From Eledone cirrhosa (taxonomy: Eukaryota), in the NCBI GenBank assembly GCA_964016885.1, contig OZ024743.1:178312001-178376000 (forward strand): a stretch of DNA of 64,000 bases, read 5' to 3'. Of this stretch, positions 1 through 12,507 are shown piece by piece; the stretch's first letter is position 1; every line of letters starts with the position of its first letter. The position numbers and the translations under genes were made by a program. The notes under the pieces are model-generated. The model searched no databases. It saw nothing but the letters and a program-made list of their open reading frames with translations, and was not told where the DNA came from.

Positions 1-1406
1 ATTGCCCTTCAGGCTATAACAGAGGAGTTCAAGACCGGCTGCCCATGGGAACTCCTATACGCAGACGACCTAACACTCATAGCCGAATCAATGGCCGAGC
101 TAGAGAAGAAATTCCAAACATGGAAGCACGGCCTAGAATCAACAGGCCTTAAAATTAACCTGGCTAAGACCAAAGTTCTAGTTTGTAGGAAAGAAAATAA
201 GGCGGCGGTCCCTTCCGGGAAGTGGCCATGCTCAGTGTGTAGGAAAGGCGTAGGTAGAAACTCCATTTTGTGTCAGAAATGCAAAGTATGGGTGCATAAA
301 AGATGTAGTGGGATCACAGGTAAGCTAACTAAGAACATAGATTTCACATGTGGCCGGTGCTCTGGTGCAATAAGTAGCAGCAAGTGCCCAAAAAATACTA
401 GCTCTTTCAACTGCGCAGAGGGCTCTATAGAAATAGTGGACAGCTTCCGTTACCTGGGTGACAAAATCAGCAGTGGGGGAGGGTGCTCTGAAAGTACAGT
501 AGCTAGAGTCAGAACTGGATGGAAAAAGTTCAGAGAGCTTATACCACCATTAGCCGCTAAAGGGTTCTCCCTAAAAATGAAAGGCAGGTTGTATGATGCC
601 CGCATACGGACAGCAATGTTGAAAGGCAGTGAGATCTGGGCATTGTGTGCAGAGGATATACGCAGACTAGAGAGGAACGAAGCTTGCATGCTCCGCTGGA
701 TGTGTAACAGTAATATACATGAACGGCTAAGCATAAACGAACTAAGGAAAAAATTAGAAATAAGAGGGATCAGATGTTGTTTACTCGAGAGAAGGCTACG
801 TTGGTATGGACACGTGATGCGCATGAAAGTCGATAGCTGTATAACAAAGTGCAGGGCAATAAAGATAGACGGTAGCCACGGAATAGGCAGACCTAGAAAA
901 ACCTGGGACGAGCTGCTAAACTCCGACCTCACACACTTACACCTCTCCAAGACAATGTCACTGGACCGAGACCTTTGGCGGTACTCAGTAACAGAGAAGA
1001 CCCGCCTTACCTAAATACATAGTAAAACCTACTACAGCCAGTAGGCATCTCTAACAAAATACACCCCGTCCCACCACCCCCACCCCATCCACACCACCCC
1101 CTTCTATGTAAAGTTATGTTGGTGCCGCGCCATCCAGGCCGAAACAGATGAGATCGTGTAGGTGTCACGACAAAAAAACACACAGTCCACGCTGTAATGT
1201 GGCCGTGTAGGCAACACGGTAAAAACCTCCCAGACCCACACTGTAAATGTGGTTGGTGTTAGGAAGGGCATCCAACTGTAGAAAACCTGCCAGGCAGTCC
1301 TATGCGAGCAAGACAACCACTCTTGCCTCAAGTGGGAATACCCCCGTCCAAACCCATGCAAGCGTGGAACACGGACGTTAAACGTTGATGATGATGATGA
1401 TGATGA
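1..1406 (+). mobile_element. RTE LINE family A1, 3' part (RT YADD motif, PHD finger, C-terminus, 3' UTR, (GAT)n tail)
   Basis: Open frame to 1014 with LLYADD, FRYLGD and RRLRWYGHV motifs. Tail ggacgttaaacgtt(gat)n followed by (TA)n. Confidence 0.95.
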
Positions 1407-1425
1407 TATATATATTTATATATAT

Positions 1426-3050
1426 ATAAAGAAACAGTCAGCAAGGTTAGAATTAACAACGAATATAGTGAAGAGTTTAGCGTAAAAGTTGGTGTCCATC
1501 AGGGCTCTGTTCTTAGCCCCCTACTATTTATTATTGCCCTTCAGGCTATAACAGAGGAGTTCAAGACCGGCTGCCCATGGGAACTCCTATACGCAGATGA
1601 TCTAACGCTCATAGCTGAATCAATGACCGAACTAGTGAAGAAATTCCAAACATGGAAGCACGGCCTAGAATCAAAAGGCCTTAAAATTAACCTGGCTAAG
1701 ACTAAAGTTCTAGTTTGTAGGAAAGAAAATAAGGCGGCGGTCCCTTCCGGGAAATGGTCATGCTCAGTGTGTAGGAAAGTCGTAGGTAGAAACTCCATTT
1801 TAGGTCCCAATTGCAAAGTATGGGTGCATAAAAGATGTAGTGGGATCACAGGTAAGCTAACTAAGAACATAAATTTTACATGTGGCCGGTGCTCTGGTGC
1901 AATAAGTAGCAGCAAGTGCCCACAAAATACTAGCTCTTTCAATTGCGCAGAGGGTTCTATAGAAATAGTGAACAGCTTCCGTTACCTGGGTGACAAAATC
2001 AGCAGTGGGGGAGGGTGCTCTGAAAGTACAGTAGCTAGTGTCAGAACTGGATGGAAAAAGTTCAGAGAGCTTATACCACTATTAGCCGCTAGAGGGTTCT
2101 CCCTAAAAATGAAAGGCAGGTTATACGATGCCTGCATATGAACAGCAATGCTGCATGGCAGTGAGACCTGGGCATTGTGTGCAGAGGATATACACAGACT
2201 AGAGAGGAACGAAGCTTGCATGCTCCGCTGGATGTGTAATAGTAATATACGTGAACGGCTAAGTATAAACGAACTAAGGAAAAAATTAGAAATAAGAGGG
2301 ATCAGATGTTGTATATTCGAGAGAAGGCTACGTTGGTATGGTCACATGATGCGCATGAAAGACGACAGCTGTATAACAAAGTGCAGGGCAATAAAGATAG
2401 ACGGTAGCCACGGAGTAGGCAGACCCAGAAAAACCTGGGACGACATGATAAATTCCGACCTCACACGCTTACACCTCTCCAAGACAATGTCACTGGACCG
2501 AGACCTTTGGCGGTACTCAGTAATAGAAAAGACCCGCCTTACCTAAATACAAAGTAAAACCTACTACAGTCAGTAGGCATCTCTAACAAAACACACCCCC
2601 GTCCCACCACCCCCACCCCATCCACACCACCCCTTTCAATGTAAAGTTATGTTGGTGCCACAACATCCAGGCCGAAACAAATGAGATCGTGTAGGTGTCA
2701 CGACAAAAAACACACAGTCCACGCTGTAATGTGGCCATGTAGGCAACACGGTAAAAACCTCCCAGCCCCACACTGTAAATGTGGTTGATGTTAGGAAGGG
2801 CATCCAGCTGTAGAAAACCCGCCAGACAGTCCACGCTGAAATGTGGCCGTGTAGGCAACACGGTAAAAACCTCCCATCCCCACACTGTAAATGTGGTTGG
2901 TGTTAGGAAGGGCATCCAGCTGTAGAAAACCCGCCAGACAGTCCTATGCGAGCAAGACAATCACTCTTGCCTCAAGTGGGAAAACCCCCGTCCAAACCCA
3001 TGCAAGCGTGGAACACGGACGTTAAACGTTGATGATGATGATGATGATGA
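1426..3050 (+). mobile_element. RTE family A1, 5'-truncated copy in tandem with the previous one
   Basis: Near-identical to 1-1406. Premature TGA at 2139-2141, a duplicated ~123-bp block in the 3' UTR, and a (GAT)n tail. Confidence 0.95.
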
Positions 3051-3237
3051 TATATATGTCAATTGATTTTTAATTTAATGCCAATAAATGCTCAGATTTA
3101 TCCCTTAGAATCTTTGAGCTTATTCTACAGGTGGTATGGCGCATGTTTCTCAGACATGACATCCTTAATGTAATTTTGGTTATATATATATATATACATA
3201 TATATATAATATATATATAAATATATATATATATATA

Positions 3238-4619
3238 AAGTCAAATTAGATGAGATGTAGTTTGGTTTGGTTCCTGGGAAAAGTACAACAGATGCCCTTT
3301 TTAGTGAGACAACTACAAGAGAGAGGTTCTTAGAGAAGAATAAGCCACTATATTTAGCTTTTGTTGACCTAGAGAAGACCTTTGATAGAGTACCCCAATC
3401 TGTCATCTGGTGGCCCCTAAGGAAACTAGGTGTAGAGGAATGGCTTGTGAGGACAGTGCAAGCTATGTATAGAGGAGCTGTCAATAAAGTGAGAGTAGGA
3501 ATGGAGTTTAGTGAGGAATTCCAGGTACAAGTAGGAGTACATCAGGATTCAGTCTTCAGCTCACTCTTATTCATTATAGTTCTCCAAGCTATAACAGAGA
3601 AGTTTAAGACTGGCTGCCCATGGAAACTTCTCTATGTTGATGATCTGGTATTTATAGCAGAACCAGTAGAGGAGCTAGAGAATAAATTCCGGCTATGGAA
3701 ACAGCAGTCGGAATCAAGAGAACTGAAAATGAACCTAGTAAAAACTAAAGTGTTGATAAGTAGGAAAGAGGACAAAACTCTGATTCTATCAGGGAAATGG
3801 TCATGTTCGATATGTAGAAAAGGAGTTGGCATAAACTCTATAGAATGTACACAATGCAGATCTTGGGTACACAAGAGGTGTAGTGGGATAGCAGACAAAC
3901 TAACAGGAAAGGAAAACGTCATATGTAATAGATGTTCAGGGAAATTTGATAGAAGTGTCAATGATAGGCACATTTTTCAAATGCAGGTAGGATCTATAGA
4001 GGTGGTTGATAGCTTCCGATACCTAGGTGATCAGATTAGCAAGGGAGGAGGATGCTCTGAGGCCATAGTATCTAAAATAAGGATAGGATGGGAGAAGTTT
4101 AGGAAGCTGCTTCCTTTGTTGACAATGAAGGGTTTCTCCCTACAAATGAAAGCTCGGTTATATGATGCCTGTGTGAGATGTGCAATGCTGCATGGTAGTG
4201 AGATGTGAGACAGTGAGACTACAAAGGATATGTGACAGCTGGAGAGAAATGAAGCAAGCATGCTCCAATGGATGTGCAATGTCAATGTGCATGAACGACC
4301 AAGCATAGATGAGTTGAGAGTGAAACTGAGTATAAGAGGGATAAAGTGTAGTGTGCGGGAAGACTGTAGAGAAGACTGCATTAGTATGGCCATGTGATGC
4401 GCATGGGTGAAGAAGTGCCAAGAAATCCCGGTAGAAGGGAGGGAGACATATTAGAGGAACACCACGAAAAACATGGACGGAGGTGGTGACAGCTGATGTC
4501 AGATCACTGAAGCTCACAGAGGAGATGACGAGGGACTGTGACAAATGGAGAGATGCTGCACTGAAGAGGGCCCGTCAAACCCTTGCAAGCAGGGAAAAGT
4601 GGGTGTAAAGTGATGATGA
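3238..4619 (+). mobile_element. RTE family B, 5'-truncated degenerate copy
   Basis: ORF 3267-4208 with FVDLEKTFD, YVDD and the PHD finger. Very short 3' UTR cccttgcaagcagggaaaag...(gat)n. (TA)n on both sides. Confidence 0.92.
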
Positions 4620-4635
4620 TATATATATATATATA

Positions 4636-4766
4636 TACCCAATTTCCTGGCGTCGAAAACTAAAAAATCTACCATACGTCCTGGAGGCCAAAGGTTGTTT
4701 ATTATTTAAAAAAAATTAGGGTGCATCCTTGAGGACAATGTGTGTTCGGCACTGGGAAATATGGTA
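4636..4766. mobile_element. Short MITE, pogo/Tigger-like
   Basis: Imperfect terminal inverted repeats tacccaatttcctggcgtcgaa / ttcggcactgggaaatatggta with TA at the ends. Confidence 0.45.
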
Positions 4767-4871
4767 CATAACAGACTAATGTAACCACATATCTATTTAA
4801 ATTCATAAAACTCCAATGTATAATTGTACTTTTCTTAGCGTGACTGTACTATAATTTTTCTCTCTATGCAT

Positions 4872-4912
<41 letters not shown>

Positions 4913-5209
4913 CAACATTGTAAATATGAAGTATCAAGGCGTTTGGTTGTGTTTGAAGTTCTTAGAAGATGTAGAGTTACCAAATGCAGAAAATAACTTT
5001 GTATGCAAAATTCATATTTACAAATTTGTTCATATACAAAGCTGCTTATAAAGCTTCTAATTTGGTTGAGATTAATGATCAGAGGTTGTTTAACTCAATG
5101 GCCAGAGATATCAGCCTGAAGCAGGGAAGTATGGAGTTTGATGCTCCATAATTAATTCCTCGCCATGTTTTTTTGTTTATAGGGGGTAATTTATCCAATT
5201 TTCTAAGCT

Positions 5210-5530
5210 ATTGGCTTAGTAGTTAGAGTATCAGGCTTACAATCATGAAGGTGAGTTCAATTCTCGGACAGGGCTTTGGGTTGTGTTCTTTAGACACTTT
5301 ATTTCACATTGCTCCAGTTCACTCAGCAGTAGAAATGAGCGACATCACTGGTGCCAAGCTGTATCAGCCATTGCCTTTCAACATCAGTGGTATGGAGAGG
5401 GGAGACTGGTATGCATGGGCAACTGCTGATCTCCCACATATAACCTTGCCCGGACTTGGCGCTCGGAGGGGAACTTTCTAGGTGTAATTTCCATGGTCTT
5501 TTGTGATTAAAGGGGGAATTCACCCTTTAC
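5210..5530 (+). mobile_element. tRNA-derived SINE, degenerate
   Basis: A box tggcttagtag and B box gagttcaattc. Central acactttatttcacattgctccagt block is shared with the SINE at 12508. Confidence 0.7.
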
Positions 5531-5597
5531 CTTGGTTTATAGCAATCAACTTTGGCAACAGCTATTTTCTGCATTTGGGATACCTACATCTAAGAAT

Positions 5598-6410
5598 ATC
5601 ATCATCATCATCACCATTTAATGTCAATTTTTCCAGGCTAGCATGGGTTAAATGAGTTGTTCAGATGTGAGCCAAGCAAGGTCAGACGATCGTACCTTGC
5701 TTATACTGGACTGATTTTGGCTTGGTTTTTACGGCTGGATGCACTTCCTAACACCAACCACATTTTCATTGTGTACTGGGCACTTTTTTTCGTGACACCT
5801 ACATAACCATTTTACAGTGTGCACTGGGCAATTTTTGTCATGACAACTACACGACCACTTTACAGTGTGCACTGGGCAATTTTTGTCATGACAACTACAC
5901 GACCACTTTACAGTGTGTACTGGGCACTTTTTGTCATGACAACTACACAACCACTTTACAGTGTGTACTGGGCACTTTTTGTCATGACAACTACACAACC
6001 ACTTTACAGTGTGCACTGGGCAATTTTTGTCATGACAACTACACGACCACTTTACAGTGTGTACTGGGCACTTTTTGTCATGACAACTACACGACCACTT
6101 TACAGTGTGTACTGGGCACTTTTTGTCATGACAACTACACGACCACTTTACAGTGTGTACTGGGCACTTTTTGTCATGACAACTACACAACCACTTTACA
6201 GTGTGTACTGGGCACTTTTTGTCATGACAACTACACGACCACTTTACAGTGTGTACTGGGCACTTTTTGTCGTGACACCCACATAACCACTTTACAGTGT
6301 GCACTGGGCAATTTTTGTCATGATAACTACACGACCACTTTACAGTGTGTACTGGGCACTTTTTGTCATGACACCTACATAACCACTTTACAGTGTGGAC
6401 TGGATGCTTA
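5598..6410 (-). repeat. RTE/SINE-type 3' end containing a 48-bp minisatellite (~13 units, ~5770-6400)
   Basis: Unit actttacagtgtgtactgggcactttttgtcatgacaactacacgacc. It is continuous with the ggatgcacttcctaacaccaacc motif and a (cat)n tail at 5598. Confidence 0.9.
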
Positions 6411-6804
6411 TTGTTTTAACTGAATATATATATATATATTATTGATGGAGGTGAGAAAAAGTACTCAATACCAATGAGAGTTTAAACATTCATTTAATAT
6501 GGCTAAACATTGGGCCTTGTTACTCTGAAGTTGTCTAATGATCCTACAAGTATGCAGGTGAAAGTCCAGAGTAACTATATTATATTATATATATACATAT
6601 AAAATCAAATATATAGATGGAAAATTAGTTTTTAAATCATTTTTAATTCCTTACACATGTTTCATGAGAGGAATTATACATTGAGTTACTGGAAGAATTT
6701 TAAGTGTAATTCAAATAATCCAAATCTATACATACAAAATGAGATACAGATTTAATTTGAAATACCATTATATAAATCTCCATCTTCAGAGGATTTAAAA
6801 AAAA

Positions 6805-7027
6805 AACTGTAAAGTGGTTGTGATGGTGACATGGTAAAAAGGACCCAGTACTCACTGTAAATGAGGTTGGCATCAGGAAGGGCATCCAGCTGTAGAAACC
6901 AAGCCAAAATCAGTTCTGTATGAGCAAGACATAGTCACCTGACCTAGCATTGCCCACAGCAGAACAACTTGTCTAACCCATGCTAGTGTGGAAAAATAGA
7001 CGTAAAACGGTGATGATGCTGATGATA
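6805..7027 (+). mobile_element. RTE family A-type 3' UTR fragment
   Basis: Contains cactgtaaatgaggttggcatcaggaagggcatccagctgtagaaa...cccatgctagtgtggaaaaatagacgtaaaacgg(tga)n. Confidence 0.75.
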
Positions 7028-7371
7028 TTAAACTGAAGCAGAATATAACTGAAATTCACTTTCAACCTTTTATTAACATGAAAAATACTGGCTTAAATAG
7101 CCAGTATTTTTCATGTTAATAAAAGGTTGAAAGGAAGTGACCTCATAGAGGATATGTGTTCATGACTTTAAGAATGCTACTTTCACTAGTATTGAAAAAC
7201 AATTCTTACTAAGGGGTCCAACATTATTTCTTTCTAAAAACATCTAACTTTTCTTCAGACCAATAATATTTAAACATGTTGAGCTAATTCTGAAACTACT
7301 TGGCAATCATATACTATCATATATAATTCTCTACATAAGCTTTGTATATATAGTTTTACCTTTATTATATA

Positions 7372-8932
7372 CTAGCATTAAAGCCCGGCGTTGCTCGGGG
7401 TCATTAAGTTACCAAAGTTAGGTTGCAGCACTTTTTTGTCTGCCAGGCACTGGGTGAATGAATTGCAGACCTGGAAGCATGAGCTGCGCCAGCAGTGACA
7501 ATTGTAGTTTCGCCTATGGATATTATCTCTGTGCAAAAAAGTGTTGAAATTTATTGTTTCACAGTACTTGCGCAACACGCGAGTAGATGATGCCAGCCGA
7601 ACAACAGAGCTGCGATGGAGTTGTTCTGCATGGTTGTCTGTGTGTTTTCTAAATTTAAGACAGTAGGGAGGGTTGTGATATGAGGGAGAGTTAGCTGTTG
7701 TTTCTAGCAGGTTTAGTGACCTCATAGAGGATATGTGTTTTCTAAATTTAAGACAGTAGGGAGTGGTGTGATATGAGGGAGAGTTAGCTGCTGTTTCTAG
7801 CAGGTTTAGTGACCTCATAGAGGATATGTGTTTTCTAAATTTAAGACAGTAGGGAGTGGTGTGATATGAGGGAGAGTTAGCTGCTGTTTCTAGCAGGTTT
7901 AGTGACCTCATAGAAGATATGTTTTCTAAATTTAAGACAGTAGAGAGGGGTGTGATATGGGGGAGAGTTAGCTGCTGTTTCTAGCAGGTTTAGTGACCTC
8001 ATAGAGGATATGTTTTCTAAATTTAAGACAGTAGGGAGGGGTGTGATATGAGGGAGAGTTAGCTGCTGTTTCTAGCAGGTTTAGTGACCTCATAGAAGAT
8101 ATGTTTTCTAAATTTAAGACAGTAGGGAGGGGTATGATATGGGGGAGAGTTAGCTGCTGTTTCTAGCAGGTTTAGTAACCTCATAGAGGATATGTGTTTT
8201 CTAAATTTAAGACAGTAGGGAGTGGTGTGATATGAGGGAGAGTTAGCTGCTGTTTCTAGCAGGTTTAGTAACCTCATAGAGGATATGTGTTTTCTAAATT
8301 TAAGACAGTAGGGAGTGGTGTGATATGAGGGAGAGTTAGCTGCTGTTTCTAGCAGGTTTAGTAACCTCATAGAGGATATGTGTTTTCTAAATTTAAGACA
8401 GTAGGGAGTGGTGTGATATGAGGGAGAGTTAGCTGCTGTTTCTAGCAGGTTTAGTGACCTCATAGAGGATATTATTGTTTATCATCTATATATATAAAAC
8501 TGAGTGCACGCGTAACGAAATTTACAGATACATATATTTTAAATAAACTTATATAATTTTTGCTTTTTTTTACAAAATATTTGCTTGTTTTACGTAGTCT
8601 TTAAATAGACTTGTTTTCAAGTAAAAATTATTGTGTTAATGTCATTTTAAACGCTGAGAAAGCCAGCGTAATTTTTTTAATTTTTGCACGCAGACGCTCA
8701 ATGTAAACAGAACAAAGGGAAATAACTGATCACTTACGCTCAAAAATCGATACATAATATTCGATTTCGTCAGATAGGGTGGGTCAATTTGAAATATTTT
8801 TTTTCCGATGTCTTCGCTAGGGCTCAATGTACAAGTATAGCAATTTCGGTGCAATTCCGTGAGAGATTCTAAGAGGAGATGTGTGCCAAAAATCGATAGA
8901 CAGACAGACAACCACAGTTTTATATATATAGA
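7372..8932 (-). mobile_element. Probable non-autonomous Helitron
   Basis: On the minus strand it starts A|TCTATATATATAAAACTG followed by (TGTC)n. It ends with the hairpin cccgagcaacgccggg then CTAG|T, the canonical Helitron termini in an AT target. The two ends may belong to different copies. Confidence 0.55.
7641..8471. repeat. 91/93-bp tandem repeat, ~9 copies
   Basis: Unit tgtgttttctaaatttaagacagtagggag...gtgacctcatagaggata. Part of the unit resembles dispersed-repeat copies near 13700 and 18410. Confidence 0.95.
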
Positions 8933-9126
8933 TATATATATATAGGAAAATGTATAACCCCGACGGCTATTTCCAGAAATAGCCGTCGGAATGGCTTGAG
9001 CTCTGCCGTTGGGGTTATACATTTTCCTATTACCCACTCTACTACCTAAGTATTGAGTACTCTGGTCAGTTATGGTCCATCTGGTTCCTTACCACAATTC
9101 CTTCGCTATATATATATATATATATA

Positions 9127-9690
9127 TCATCATCATCCTCATTTAACGTCCATTTTCCACGCTAGCATGGGTTAGACGGGAGTTGTCCCACTTGAAGCAA
9201 GGTTGGTCGGGTGACCGTGTCTTGCTCATATAGGACTATCTGGCAGGTTTTCTACGGCTGGATGCCCTTCCTAACACCAACCACATTTACAGTGTGGAAC
9301 TGGGAACTTTTTACCGTGTTACCTACACGGCCACATTACAGCGTGGACTGTGTGTTTTTTCTCGTGACACCTACACGACCTCGATCTCATTTATCTTATT
9401 TATTTGGACTGGATGTTGTGGTACCAACTTTATAGAGAAAGGGTGGTGTTGGTGGGAGTGGGAGGATAGGGTAGGGGTAGTGGATTGGGGTGTATATTTG
9501 GTTAAGAGGTGCCTACTGACTGTAGGTTTTGCTTTGTACATAGACAAGGCGGGTCTTCTGTATTATTGCGTAGCGCCAAAGATCTCGGTCCAGTGACATT
9601 GTCTTAGAGAGGTGCAAGTGTGTAAGGTCGGAATTTATCAGATCGTCCCAGGTTTTTCTGGGTCTACCTACTCCGTAACTACCATCAAGC
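9127..9690 (-). mobile_element. RTE family A1-related 3' fragment, more diverged
   Basis: ORF C-terminus ([10 protein letters not shown]), 3' UTR, and a (cat)n tail next to (TA)n. Confidence 0.85.
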
Positions 9691-9692
9691 AA

Positions 9693-9982
9693 AAGGGATA
9701 TTTAATTTGTTAGTAATTCAACAAATATATATGTTTATAACTGATTTGAAGCACTCGACAAGTTTTCTGGAGTATAATATCAATGATATTAAATAAATGG
9801 AAACTAAATTTATAAAACCATATTTATTCTATTATATATATAATAGAATAAATATGGTTTTATAAATTTAGTTTCCATTTATTTAATATCATTGATATTA
9901 TACTCCAGAAAACTTGTCGAGTGCTTCAAATCAGTTATAAACATTTATATTTGTTGAATTACCAACAAATTAAATATCCCTT
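9693..9982. repeat. Spacerless 290-bp palindrome
   Basis: 145-bp arms with two mismatches seen, centred on a (TA) run near 9837. Confidence 0.95.
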
Positions 9983-10140
9983 GAAATATATATTTCAAGA
10001 GTACCAAAACTTTGGTATGCTCTCATCAGATTTTGCTTTATAAATATTGACATATCCAGGAAGAAGAGCTTAACGGTTCAAGTTTTTCCTGGATAGTCTA
10101 TATATATATATATATTGGAAAATGTGTGAGATCCTTGGTA

Positions 10141-11175
10141 CATCATCATCATCATCGTCACCGTTTTACGTCCGTTCTTCCACGCTAGCATGGGTTAGAC
10201 GGGTTGTCCTGTTGTGGGCAGTGCCTGGTCGGCTGACCATGCCTTGTTCATACAGGAACTGATTTGGCTTGATTTCTACAGCTGGATGCCCTTCCTAACA
10301 CCAACCTCATTTACAGTGAGTGCTGGGTGCTTTTTCGTGGCGCCTACACGTCCACTTTATAGTGTGGGCTGGGTGCTTTTTTGCTGTGGCGCCTACACGT
10401 CCACTTTACAGTGTGGGCTGGGTGCTTTTTTGCCGTGGCACCTCCACGACCACCTTGCGGTGGGGGGTGTGGGGGCATATTGTCTATATGCTTCAGCTTG
10501 TACCCATGGGAGGTTGGGTACTCTGTATTACTGGGTAAGGTCGGCTTTTATCACCTCATCCCAGGTCATCTTGGGTCTCCCCACTGTCGGTTTCCATCAA
10601 CTTCTAGTGCTCTGCACCTTTTTATGCAGCTGTCATCCTTCATACGCATCACATGTCCATACCAGCACAACCGCCTCTCCTGCACACAGCATTTGATTCC
10701 TCTTATGCTCAGTCTCTCTCTCAATTCATTTATGCTTTGTCGTTCACGTATATTATTGTTACACATCCATTGGAGCATGCAGGCTTCGTTTCTCTCTAAT
10801 CTACGTAAGTCTTCCACCTTCAGCGCCCAGGTCTCACTACCATGCAACATTGCTGTTCGGATACACGCATCATACAGTCTGCCTTTCATTCTGAGGGAGA
10901 AGCCTTTTGCAGCTAGCAGTGGTAGTAGTTCCCTAAACTTCTTCCATCCCGTTCTTACCCTAGTTATTGTACTTTCTGAACACCCACCTCCGCTGCTAAT
11001 TCGGTCACCTAGGTAGCAGAAGCTGTCTACTGTCTCTACAGAGCCCTCCCAGAGATTGGTGGTACTTGTTTCCTGTGGCTGTTTGCTGCTTGCTGTCCCA
11101 GTACAGATGCTGCATGTGAAGCCTACATTCTTAATGAAGCTTCCTGAGATCCCGCTACATCTCTTGTGTACCCAG
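10141..11175 (-). mobile_element. RTE family A2, 5'-truncated copy with an internal deletion
   Basis: Near-identical to 22055-23084. About 55 bp are deleted near 10532. Confidence 0.93.
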
Positions 11176-11974
11176 TTAGGTATATTTGAAAAAAAAAGAA
11201 AAGAATGACTTCACTTGTAGTTCTAAATAATTTGATTTAATTTTATAATATTGTGAAGTCATTCTTTTCCTTTTTTTCAAATATATATATATATATATAT
11301 ATCAGAATGGATGCAGTAAAAACCAGTTGGACCATTACGCACCAAAGTACTCGATATTTGGGGTAGCAGAATGGGTAATATGAAGGATTCTGGACCCCAA
11401 CAGCTGAGCTCCTGCCACTTCAACAGCAAGATCTAGCTGTTGAAATGGCAGGAGCTCAGCTGACGGGGTCTAGAATCATTCTCATATATATATATTTGGC
11501 TATTCCCCACTGAATATCAATGGAAGTATGTGCAAGAATTCACTTATTCCGATTGATTATTCAAAATCACACACACACACAGACACACACATATCAACAA
11601 AATACATGTAAGGATATCTGAACTCAAAAGTTCATAAACTCATAAACATTCAATGAAACTGTAAAAAGTGATAGAGAAAAGAGAGTTTTAGAATATTTAC
11701 TTCAAGTATGTGTATAAAAAAGAAAGTGATGCAGAAAAAAACTGCTGCAAAGAATCTCTTTTACTCAAAGACTAAGACAAACAAAAAAAATAATAATGCT
11801 GATCTGAAAAATAATGGTTTCTCAAGGTTATTTACATTCTGTATAGATATAGAAAAGAAAAATCGATTAGGAACCAATGATAGATTCTTTGTATGGAATA
11901 TAAACTTTTCTTTTTTAAAAAAACTAACAATCACTTGAAATCACTTCCTAGGAAATTATTTGGTTTAATTAGAA

Positions 11975-12495
11975 ATAATAATAATAATAATTGTTTCTAC
12001 TTTAGGCACAAGGCCAGCAATTTGAAGTGGTGGGGAAGCTCGATTAAATCAACCCCAGTGCTTACTGGTGCTTTATTTTATTGACCCTGTAAGAATGAAA
12101 GGCAAAGCTAACCTTGGCAGGATTTGAACTCAGAATGTAAAAGGCCACAACTCCATGCCGCGAATAAAATTGTTTCCACTTTAGGCACAAGGCCAGCAAT
12201 TTTGGGGGTAGGGAAAGTCGATTAAATCGACCCCAGTGCATGACTGGTGCTTAATTTTATCGACCCAGTAAGAATGAAAGGCAAAGCTTACTTCGGCAGG
12301 ATTTGAACTCAGAATGTAAAGGGAAGTAATTCTATGCCACATATAATAATAAAAATAATTGTTTCTACTTTTGACACAAGGCCAGCAATTAACCCAGTGC
12401 ATTACTGGTACTTTATTTTATCGACCCCGTAAGGATGAAAGGCAAAGTTAACCTCGGCGGGATTTGAACTCAGAATGGCAAGGGCCGTAACTCTA
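11975..12495 (-). mobile_element. Three tandem partial copies of a second SINE family
   Basis: Repeated block ttgtttctact...cacaaggccagcaa...gaaaggcaaag...ggatttgaactcagaa (B box on the minus strand). Same family as 36028-36225 and 56085-56220. Confidence 0.8.
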
Positions 12496-12507
12496 TCTAT
12501 ATTATAA

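Noticed and set aside
5729-6304. Cys/His-rich repeat ORF resembling a zinc-finger or metallothionein protein
   Set aside because: Translation of a 48-bp minisatellite derived from retroelement UTR sequence.
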